In this document: piece after piece, positions 56,945 to 64,000 of the stretch
Layout: every line of letters starts with the position of its first letter
Numbering within the stretch: the stretch's first letter is position 1
Assembly: GCA_963828255.1 (NCBI GenBank)
Contig: CAWHDZ010000034.1
Location: 124,862 to 188,861, forward strand
Length of the DNA stretch: 64,000 bases
Source: an uncultured delta proteobacterium
GTDB taxonomy: Bacteria; Myxococcota; Myxococcia; Myxococcales; Anaeromyxobacteraceae
Reading direction: 5' to 3'
Notes under the pieces: model-generated
Database searches by the model: none
What the model was told of the DNA's origin: nothing
The model's input: only the letters and a program-made list of their open reading frames with translations
Program-made: the position numbers and the translations under genes

Positions 56945-57397
56945 TCACGCCAAGGCCCTAGGCAACTCCGGGGTGACATTGTCGAAGTACATCGCCCACG
57001 CCGCTTGAATGGTTCCGATGCAACGGCCAAGGATCTCGGGGCAAATCCCACGATCTGGTACGAAGACCTCCACCTGAAACTCGACGAACTCGAGGTCAGG
57101 TGGGAGGAACACTTTCGCAACCTTCGTCTCTGCCTGAATGGCTTGAGCGGCGCGAAGAAGGGTGAGTTCGTCCTTAGTCGTTCCCTCCAGAAGTACGCCG
57201 GCGCACACCTGAAGGAATCGCTCATCGTTCTCTTCGAACCGGATTAGGAAGGTCTTCCCCTCTACCTTGAAGACGACGTGCACTGGGGCATCGCTCTCGT
57301 TAACGAGCTGTGGCCGGAAGCCCTCCTCGGCGAGGAGTTTGCACACCCGCTGGGGGAGGGGTTTGCTGCGCTTTGACTGGAGGGCGAGGTCGGCCAT
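56945..57397 (-). CDS. YbjN/type III chaperone-fold-like protein
   Basis: AAAGGA RBS; LAEEGFRP, VVFKVEGKTF, DERFLQV, KVAKV. Confidence 0.55.
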   Translation of the reverse strand: MADLALQSKRSKPLPQRVCKLLAEEGFRPQLVNESDAPVHVVFKVEGKTFLIRFEENDERFLQVCAGVLLEGTTKDELTLLRAAQAIQAETKVAKVFLPPDLEFVEFQVEVFVPDRGICPEILGRCIGTIQAAWAMYFDNVTPELPRALA

Positions 57398-57574
57398 ATG
57401 CGAGAATCCTTTCTGGTTCGTCCAGGGTTTGGACGCAAATCGCCGGACCACCTGACACATGGTTCTTGCCGGTCTATTCAGGCCCCATGTGGTCCCAAGG
57501 CCGCCGGAGCGTTCTCGGGTAGCCCCCGACGTAACGCCACCTGCAACTGAGACCCGTGGTAATGGATGGTATCC

Positions 57575-58600
57575 ATGGACTTCACTGTCTTCACTGACGA
57601 GTCCGGGAGCTTCTCGAACCCGAGCGGCCCGCTTGGCAAGCACGTCACGGTGGCCCTCGTTCTTCCGGGAAGGCGGTCGGCGCTGGAGCCGCGAATCCGC
57701 GGGGCCCTTCGCGCCGCATCTACCACCCTTCCGTTTCCGTTTCACGCGACGGAAACGTGTCACTTGCCAAACGTAGTGGCGGAACTGAAGAAGCAACTTT
57801 CGGCCGGCATGACTCCGTGCTCGCCGGCGGTCGGTACGGCGCTCCGTGGGGCCAGCCTCGAAGAGGTCCTCAGTTGGGAGGAAGTACCCTCCATGCGTCC
57901 TGTTTCCCGGGAAGTCCGGCAGATTGCCTCGTTGTGGCTTGCGGCCGCTCGCTCGACGGCGGCCGCGTTCGTATCGGGCGGCGGGATGCTGGTCGTCTGC
58001 CTCCAGCACGGAAAGCCCCCGGAGCCAGACCAGTGGACGCGCATGATGTTCGCCTTGCTCCAGCAGGCGCTGATCCTCGTCGCTTTGGGTAGTCCCGGCC
58101 AGGACCACAACGTGGAATGGGCCATTGCCGACCGTGCTGGGCGACTGCCATTTGATCTGGGGGAAACGCTGGGCGCGCTCGCAGCAGCTAGGTCACGCGG
58201 TGAACCGTTCGCCCGCATAAACTCGAAGCGGTACGTCCACTTGGAAAACGCAGAGGACTGTCCGGGCATCTGGCTTGCGGATGCCATTGCGCATGCTGTT
58301 GGTCCTGGTGCGTCCCAGTACCAGCATGTCTCCACAGAGGATGCGGCTGCCTTGACTTGGCTCGCCCTTCGTCAAGAGGCAGCTACTGCCTTGGGGACGC
58401 CGGCAACCGCACTCTTCCACCCGGTGGGTGCAAGGCCTGAGACCCGTGACATGGTCATGCGCGCCACGTTGTCGCCTTGCGATCCGCGTGCGGCGCTGCT
58501 GTCCGCGCTGGAGCATTGCGTGCTGGACCTGCCCCCGTTTACATACGCCTGCTCCGTGGAGGGCTCGGTGGACATCGTTCGCCGCGTCACGGACTCATGA
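57575..58600 (+). CDS. DUF3800-like RNase H-fold protein
   Basis: VFTDESG, FHATE, GIWLADAIAH. Confidence 0.68.
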   Translation: MDFTVFTDESGSFSNPSGPLGKHVTVALVLPGRRSALEPRIRGALRAASTTLPFPFHATETCHLPNVVAELKKQLSAGMTPCSPAVGTALRGASLEEVLSWEEVPSMRPVSREVRQIASLWLAAARSTAAAFVSGGGMLVVCLQHGKPPEPDQWTRMMFALLQQALILVALGSPGQDHNVEWAIADRAGRLPFDLGETLGALAAARSRGEPFARINSKRYVHLENAEDCPGIWLADAIAHAVGPGASQYQHVSTEDAAALTWLALRQEAATALGTPATALFHPVGARPETRDMVMRATLSPCDPRAALLSALEHCVLDLPPFTYACSVEGSVDIVRRVTDS

Positions 58601-59358
58601 TCCAGGGCCTTCACGAGATTCTGAGCATCCTGTCCTCACCGGCCGCAACTCTAGCGGAGCGGCGCCGCGCTGAGAAAGCCCTCCCCGACCTCCTTTCCTG
58701 GGTAAGACCCTGGATTCGCAAGAGATGCCCGCGGGACGATCAGGAAACACTCGACCAGGCCGTGGACCATCTCCAGGACCGCCTCATGACGGGCACTGGG
58801 CGCTATCGTGGGGAGAATGGAGACAAGAGTGCGGTTGCCTGGTGTCAGGTTGTGATTGTCAACCGCGTCCGGGATATCAGGAGGCGGATCGTGAGTCAGG
58901 AGAGGCGCGAAGAGGCACTTTCGAGGCGACAGGAGGCGAACAACCCGACGGTTCTCGACGTCGACCGGCTCATGGCGGTCGTCCCTCGAATCGTCGAGTT
59001 GATTGAACGCAGGGTCCGCTCGCAGTCCAAGCCAGCCGAGTCCGACAAGCGCGTCAAGAACATGCGTCTTGGACTCGAGAAGCTCTTCACACCCATTTCC
59101 CAGCAGGCACAACTCGTGAAGTACGGCTATGTCCGTGCAGGTGAGACCGATCCTGAAGTGCTCAAACGTGCCAATTGGTTAGTCGACCAGCACCGCCGCC
59201 GCGGGCGCAAGGACATGAAGGAGGTTCTCTCCAATCTGGTGTCCAGCGGACTCGTCGGCGACGACGAAGCCCTCGAATTCTCCCGGGCGACCTTCTTGGT
59301 GCGTAGCGACCCAGCCACTGATTCGGAACATCGGAACGAGGGAGATGCCGATGCATAG
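58597..59358 (+). CDS. Divergent ECF sigma-70-like factor
   Basis: Region-2-like RYRGE...AVAWCQVVIVNRVRDIRRR; basic C-terminal DQHRRRGR; ATGA overlap with the upstream gene. Confidence 0.62.
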   Translation: MIQGLHEILSILSSPAATLAERRRAEKALPDLLSWVRPWIRKRCPRDDQETLDQAVDHLQDRLMTGTGRYRGENGDKSAVAWCQVVIVNRVRDIRRRIVSQERREEALSRRQEANNPTVLDVDRLMAVVPRIVELIERRVRSQSKPAESDKRVKNMRLGLEKLFTPISQQAQLVKYGYVRAGETDPEVLKRANWLVDQHRRRGRKDMKEVLSNLVSSGLVGDDEALEFSRATFLVRSDPATDSEHRNEGDADA

Positions 59359-59369
59359 TCCTTCCATGA

Positions 59370-60482
59370 TTGCGAGCGGTCTTGTATCCGGTCGCGGCCT
59401 CGAGGCGCTCCGTGACCAGTGACGCCAATCTTCCGACCATCCCTGTCGACGTGGCTTCGCTTCCGTTGTTGCTCCTCTCGGCGGACGAAAGGGCTTCCTC
59501 CAAAGGCGGAGACGTTGACCCCTTTGACTGGTTCTGCGCCGCAGGCCGGCTGCTTCGCTCTCCCTTCCTTTTTTCTTCTCCACGGGCTGCCGTACGGAAG
59601 GCCTGCGGGTTCGCCGCCAGCGAGTCCAGCCTGCCGGTACTTCGTGCCCGTATCGATATCGAACTCCACCAGTTCGCTTCAAGCCTGCGGTCAATCGTGC
59701 CGGATCGACTCTCCGGTGGGCGCGCATGGAGCCTGGTCTCGAACCGCGACGACCTCGAGAGCGTTGCCGTCTCGGTTGGAGTGGCGTGGCGGTCTCTCGA
59801 GTCGGTTTGCTCTCACCCACTCGACGAGCATTTCTTTGCCCTCGAGCGATTCCTTACCCAGCAACTCGAGCCGCTCGACGCCGAGATGGATTCGGCCGCC
59901 CTGTCGTTACTCGACGCGCTTCGCGCCGCTCCGCGGGATCCGCTCCGAGAACGAATCTCGGCCCTCAATATCAGCGACCTGACGGCAGGGGTTTGGCTGG
60001 CGCTGGTCGAGCGCGTGACTACCGTTCCCGAGGCGCTTCCGGTGGGGGACCGCGTCCCGCCTGAGGCGGAATCAACTCCCCAAGTTCCATGGCTCTCCAT
60101 CTCGCGGCACCTGACAGGGGGCCGCCCTCTCGCGACGGCCACGGGCAAGCGGGACGTTCTCCAGGCGCTCCAGGAAGCCGATCGTGACCCCGTCGCCAAA
60201 CTCGCGGAGGACCGGATCCTCGTCCGCGTTCGCCGGCCTCTCGACCCTCTTGCCCCGGTCTCGGAGACGATGACGGGTCTCGCGATCGAGTCAGAGCCGC
60301 CGTCCCTTCTAGTCAATGCCTGGGCGGAGGGTGCAACCCTTGTTGTCCAGTCGATCGCCGTAGCCGACGGGGTCCGTTGGCTACCGCTGGCGCCCCTCGC
60401 AGCCACCCCGCGATGGCGACTCAACTTCGAGACGAGTGAGGGGAAAACCTTGCTTCTCAATCTCGTCCTCGAGAAGGGCTAG
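59370..60482 (+). CDS. Hypothetical protein, putative anti-sigma/protease substrate (start uncertain)
   Basis: Helical N-terminal domain (RDDLESV), Pro-rich linker, beta-rich C-terminal domain; lies between the sigma and protease genes. Confidence 0.55.
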   Translation: MRAVLYPVAASRRSVTSDANLPTIPVDVASLPLLLLSADERASSKGGDVDPFDWFCAAGRLLRSPFLFSSPRAAVRKACGFAASESSLPVLRARIDIELHQFASSLRSIVPDRLSGGRAWSLVSNRDDLESVAVSVGVAWRSLESVCSHPLDEHFFALERFLTQQLEPLDAEMDSAALSLLDALRAAPRDPLRERISALNISDLTAGVWLALVERVTTVPEALPVGDRVPPEAESTPQVPWLSISRHLTGGRPLATATGKRDVLQALQEADRDPVAKLAEDRILVRVRRPLDPLAPVSETMTGLAIESEPPSLLVNAWAEGATLVVQSIAVADGVRWLPLAPLAATPRWRLNFETSEGKTLLLNLVLEKG

Positions 60483-60494
60483 GCGCTCTCGGGC

Positions 60495-62312
60495 ATGAAG
60501 CTCCCCCAGTTTTCCCGAGTCGGCGCTATCCGCGCGGGGATCGACCGTCGGAGCCCCCGCACTGCGTTGCTACTCCTGGCATCCGAGCTCCCACCTGGGG
60601 CGCTCACAGGCGTGAACGAGCAACTCGCGGAAGTTCTCCGCACGATGGGTGTGCCGTTTCGGACGTCCTGCCTTGCACTCCCAGATGCCTTGCCCGGGAC
60701 CACGATCTTGGTCGATGCGCTCGGCCCCACCGTACGAGCCGAGGCCACCTTCTCGCGGAAACCGGCCTACCCCGAGTGGCTTGACCACGCGGGTGTGAAG
60801 GCTGCCGCGGATGCCGAGAAGGCGGCAGGAACGCTCGTTCAATGCTTCGGCGAAGACGAGTTTCCCACGGTAGCCCTAGCTCCGGGTGAACCGGAGCCGA
60901 TGAAGCAACTCTGTGGGCCATCCGTTGGTCTCGGAATCGCCATTGCGATGCTTTCGAGGTGGCTGGAACAGCCAACACCGGCCGATACCTCCGTTTCGGG
61001 TGTCGTGCGCGCGAATGGCACCCTGGAAGCGATCGACTACATCGAAGCCAAGACGATTGCGCTCGTTGCTGATCGCCCGTGGGTGCGGAGGCTTTTGGTC
61101 CCCGGCGAACGTGGCCGGGTTGCGGTGGTCAACGGAGTCCGTGTCGAAGAGGTCGATACGCTCGCCGACGCAGCCCATCGAATGGGGCTCGACACGAGCA
61201 GGCCATCCCGGGCTCCGATGATTAGGGAGCGACTGCCGGGAGCAGTCGACGCAACGATGGCGCTCGTCAGGAACAGGACCCGAGACAATCCGTGGCTCCT
61301 CGACCGCATCGAGCGACTCTGGGAGTTGATCTCGCACGAACAGGAGCCGACCTTTGAACTGGATACCGCTGCTCTTCACCTCTGCGACCCGCTGGCGGAG
61401 TTCCGCACCCACAGGGGCCAAAGCGTAGAGGCCGCCGCTGTACTCGATGCGCTGCGTAAGATCCTAGAGAGACGCCCCGCACTTCCGCAGATCATCCCCG
61501 GAAAGGTGGCCGGAGCACTGAATTCCATTGCATCAGGCTTCATCGATCTAGGGGAGGCGACGCGAGCGCGCGATCTGTGCGTGGAAGGGATGGGGTATGC
61601 AGCCAAGATCCCACCGGAGAGGCTTCGTCTCCAGGGGACGCTCGGCAGGATCGAGGCTCACTCCTTGCACGATTCGAAGGCTGCTGAACTCTTACGGCTG
61701 GCCGTCGATGGACAGGTGGACGAGTTGCCAAAGGAGTCCAACATCCCCCGCTGCTACCTCATCTCGAGCCTGGTTCGCCTCGGCCGGACCGCGGATGCAC
61801 GCGCGCAGTTGCGCGAGGGCCGTGCTGTGAACGACCGGCACAAGCACGAGAATTGGGCTCGGGACAACACCGTCTTTTTGGACTTGGAAGAGGTAAAGAT
61901 CGCACTGGTGTGTGGAGCATTCGATCGCGTGGAGGAGATCTGGAACACGCACTCTTCGCCGTCCTTCTTCTGGCCACGTCTCGGCTTTCTCCGCCGATAC
62001 TTACTCTCGCTCCTTCAGCGAGACCAGGTCGATCGCGCCATCGGCGTCGCGAATTGGGCCCTTGACTCAACGTACCTGCCCTCTCACATCGCCAGAAGGC
62101 TTGCGGCCGTCACTATCGCGCCACTGGCCGCGTCTCTGCTCGATGACGGACGCTCATCGGCAAGCGTGCGCTTTGTCGCGGTCATCCGGGAAGTGTGCGC
62201 TGAAGTCCCCGCTACGGTTGACCTACCGTTTGCCCCATGGGCGCGCAGGATTGCCTCGGAGGGCGTGACCCCTGAACTCCTCTGCGGCTTCGCGGCCGGC
62301 GAGATCTACTGA
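60495..62312 (+). CDS. Lon-type (S16) Ser-Lys protease domain + TPR-like repeats, no AAA module
   Basis: GPSVGLGIAIAMLS, SGVVRANGTLEAIDYIEAK, EEVDTLADA; C-terminal helical repeats (GALNSIA, GTLGRI). Confidence 0.78.
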   Translation: MKLPQFSRVGAIRAGIDRRSPRTALLLLASELPPGALTGVNEQLAEVLRTMGVPFRTSCLALPDALPGTTILVDALGPTVRAEATFSRKPAYPEWLDHAGVKAAADAEKAAGTLVQCFGEDEFPTVALAPGEPEPMKQLCGPSVGLGIAIAMLSRWLEQPTPADTSVSGVVRANGTLEAIDYIEAKTIALVADRPWVRRLLVPGERGRVAVVNGVRVEEVDTLADAAHRMGLDTSRPSRAPMIRERLPGAVDATMALVRNRTRDNPWLLDRIERLWELISHEQEPTFELDTAALHLCDPLAEFRTHRGQSVEAAAVLDALRKILERRPALPQIIPGKVAGALNSIASGFIDLGEATRARDLCVEGMGYAAKIPPERLRLQGTLGRIEAHSLHDSKAAELLRLAVDGQVDELPKESNIPRCYLISSLVRLGRTADARAQLREGRAVNDRHKHENWARDNTVFLDLEEVKIALVCGAFDRVEEIWNTHSSPSFFWPRLGFLRRYLLSLLQRDQVDRAIGVANWALDSTYLPSHIARRLAAVTIAPLAASLLDDGRSSASVRFVAVIREVCAEVPATVDLPFAPWARRIASEGVTPELLCGFAAGEIY

Positions 62313-62449
62313 CATTCCCTCATCCTATTGGGTTGCTTCTACCGGTCGCCTCAGAGGGACGGCCTATGCCCAGGGTCGGAGGATGAAGGCCTGGAAGCAG
62401 GCGCTCCCACTCACTGTCAGGTAACCAGCGCCGTTACGTCCGTCGCGGT

Positions 62450-63304
62450 ATGGACGTCTCGCTGACATCGACCCGCCCCCTCTCCCGACCCCGCGACCTG
62501 CAAGCGCTCGGGCGACTCGTCGCGCTCGCCCACTGGGTCCGCTTGCAGGCTGCCCCCTTCAGATTCTGCGATGCGCAGGAGGCCTTCCGCGACCATCAGC
62601 GAAAGTCCCCGCAAGCCTCCGAGCGGATGTGGAGCCGCGACAAGCGGGCGCTAACGGCGGCCGGCGTGGTCCTCGAGCGTTCGGGCGCGAATGAGTACGC
62701 GTTCGACCCGGCCTGCTTACGTCGCCCCTCCCAGTTCGGCCGAGTCGAGGTCGCAGCCATCCACGACCTCGCCGCCTCCACAATTATCTTGCCCCCGCCG
62801 ATTGGGTTTGATCTTGATCTCGGGCTCCGGAAGATCCTCGTCCTCGGCGCCCCAGTCGCCGACGTCCTGTCGACTCGCCCTTCCCCGACCCCTGCCCACG
62901 GGCCGGCGCAACTCCTTCGGGCCGCCCTTCTGCTCATCGCCGTCGTCGCGGACGCCGGCTTCCAGGGAGTTGGCGCACGCCGGGTACGGCGGTTGGTGGG
63001 CGTCCTCGACGAAGTTAAACTTAACGATGTCACAAAGGTCCTTCAGGACCTGGACATCCCCGATGCGGCACCGCCACGCGACAGCCTGGGCATCGAGGAC
63101 GAGGGCGGCATCCTCCGCCTGACGATGAGTGCCTGGCCGGTCCCGCGCCTCGCGCTGACCCCCGGAGAGGTTGCCGCCCTCAGGCTCGGGGCGAGGATGG
63201 CTGGAATCCACCGTGGGCTCGACTTCCTCGATCGCGTTGCCTGGCGTCCTACGGCCGGAGCGCACCTCCCTACATTCGCAGAGATCCAGGGACTCGCCGC
63301 CTAG
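62450..63304 (+). CDS. PafB/PafC-like tandem winged-HTH protein lacking WYL domains
   Basis: ERMWSRDKRALTAAGV (PafB-like) and IPDAAPPRDSLGI...LALTPGEVAAL (PafC-like). Confidence 0.65.
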   Translation: MDVSLTSTRPLSRPRDLQALGRLVALAHWVRLQAAPFRFCDAQEAFRDHQRKSPQASERMWSRDKRALTAAGVVLERSGANEYAFDPACLRRPSQFGRVEVAAIHDLAASTIILPPPIGFDLDLGLRKILVLGAPVADVLSTRPSPTPAHGPAQLLRAALLLIAVVADAGFQGVGARRVRRLVGVLDEVKLNDVTKVLQDLDIPDAAPPRDSLGIEDEGGILRLTMSAWPVPRLALTPGEVAALRLGARMAGIHRGLDFLDRVAWRPTAGAHLPTFAEIQGLAA

Positions 63305-63408
63305 GCCTTTTGGCTACCAGGCCCACCGGCCTGCCTGAAGTTGCCGTGCCCCTCTCACCGTCCGCCATGTCCGTAACGCAGGCAATCTTGAATGCAGGAG
63401 AACACTCA

Positions 63409-64000
63409 ATGAGCAGCCAGTCCCCCACTCCCCTTGCTCTTCCGGTGCCCCTTCACACCGAGACCGTTCACTTCCAGGTCACCGACCCGGAAGTGGTCGA
63501 GGAACTACGCCGACATCCGGCCGGTGAAGGCCGCAACCAGTTCGCGGCCCAGGCACTCCGGATTGGTGTGCTGGCTCTCCGCACGGCGGGTGGCCAGCTA
63601 GATGCAGCGGCTATCCGCGAGGCAGGCGTTCGCCTTGTGGCCGACATGAAGGAGGTGCTCGGGGCGAAGGCCACAGAGATGGCAACTACCCTCGGGCAGT
63701 ATCTCGACCCGAGGAACGGGTCGTTCGCCCAGCGTGTCGAGTCGCTCGTCAAGCGCGACGGCGACCTCGAGCGGGTCCTTCGCGAGCAAGTCGGGATCGA
63801 CAATTCTGTACTGGCCCGCTCCCTGGCTCAGCACATCGGGGACCAAAGTCCCTTGCTCCGGATGCTCTCGCCCTCCGATGCCCAGGGACTGCGGGCCCAG
63901 ATTGAGGCAGCGCTCCGCCGCGGCCTCGAGGAACAGCGGGCGACCGTTCTTCGCGAGTTCTCCCTGGATCAGGCCGATTCGGCGCTGTCCCGGCTCGTCA
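63409..64000 (+). CDS. Coiled-coil protein, DUF2130/RmuC-like family, partial (runs off window end)
   Basis: AGGAG RBS; open frame MSSQSP...ALRIGVLAL...YLDPRNGSF...REFSLD..SALSRLV; absent from the supplied ORF track. Confidence 0.6.
   Translation, partial: MSSQSPTPLALPVPLHTETVHFQVTDPEVVEELRRHPAGEGRNQFAAQALRIGVLALRTAGGQLDAAAIREAGVRLVADMKEVLGAKATEMATTLGQYLDPRNGSFAQRVESLVKRDGDLERVLREQVGIDNSVLARSLAQHIGDQSPLLRMLSPSDAQGLRAQIEAALRRGLEEQRATVLREFSLDQADSALSRLV

Larger units (their letters stand above)
17729..64000. mobile_element. tRNA-Arg-anchored integrative genomic island (right end beyond window)
   Basis: Integrase about 600 bp from the tRNA, abrupt GC drop, replication module, accessory and defence-like cargo. 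Confidence 0.85.

Noticed and set aside
17729..64000. Intact prophage or conjugative ICE
   Set aside because: No capsid, terminase, tail, relaxase or T4SS genes recognisable in the window

Overview
GC-rich bacterial window; gene content suggests a myxobacterium, probably Anaeromyxobacter-like (inference). Positions 1-17.2 kb are ordinary chromosome: CorC/HlyC, two alpha/beta hydrolases, TldD-PmbA, an S9 peptidase, an ECF sigma/anti-sigma/periplasmic trio, serS and a CzcCBA/CusCBA-type efflux operon. A tRNA-Ser(TGA)/Ser(GCT)/Arg(ACG) cluster follows at 17.4-17.7 kb. From the tRNA-Arg 3' end to the window edge runs a visibly less GC-rich integrative island, with no right att site seen. Its backbone has a tyrosine integrase with a Zn-ribbon insert, two excisionase-like HTHs, a resolvase, an iteron-like repeat cluster, an SSB-like gene and a frameshifted primase-helicase; no capsid or conjugation genes are visible. 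The cargo is dense and defence-like: HNH+HIT, PD-(D/E)XK+HEPN, an SF2 helicase fused to an amidoligase domain, a split Dna2/Cas4-like nuclease-helicase operon with trailing nucleases, an LRAT-domain protein, two tandem STAND-type NTPases (one about 1930 aa) and an intact IS4. The best candidate for a new system is a coupled operon at 57.6-62.3 kb (DUF3800-like nuclease, ECF sigma, putative anti-sigma, Lon-protease-TPR). It resembles CRISPR-linked protease/sigma signalling modules but has no CRISPR or SAVED domain in the window, and it is followed by a PafB/PafC-like double-HTH protein lacking WYL domains. At least six island genes carry apparent single-base insertions, which may be assembly errors or decay. 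All family calls come from motif recognition by eye, not from database searches.
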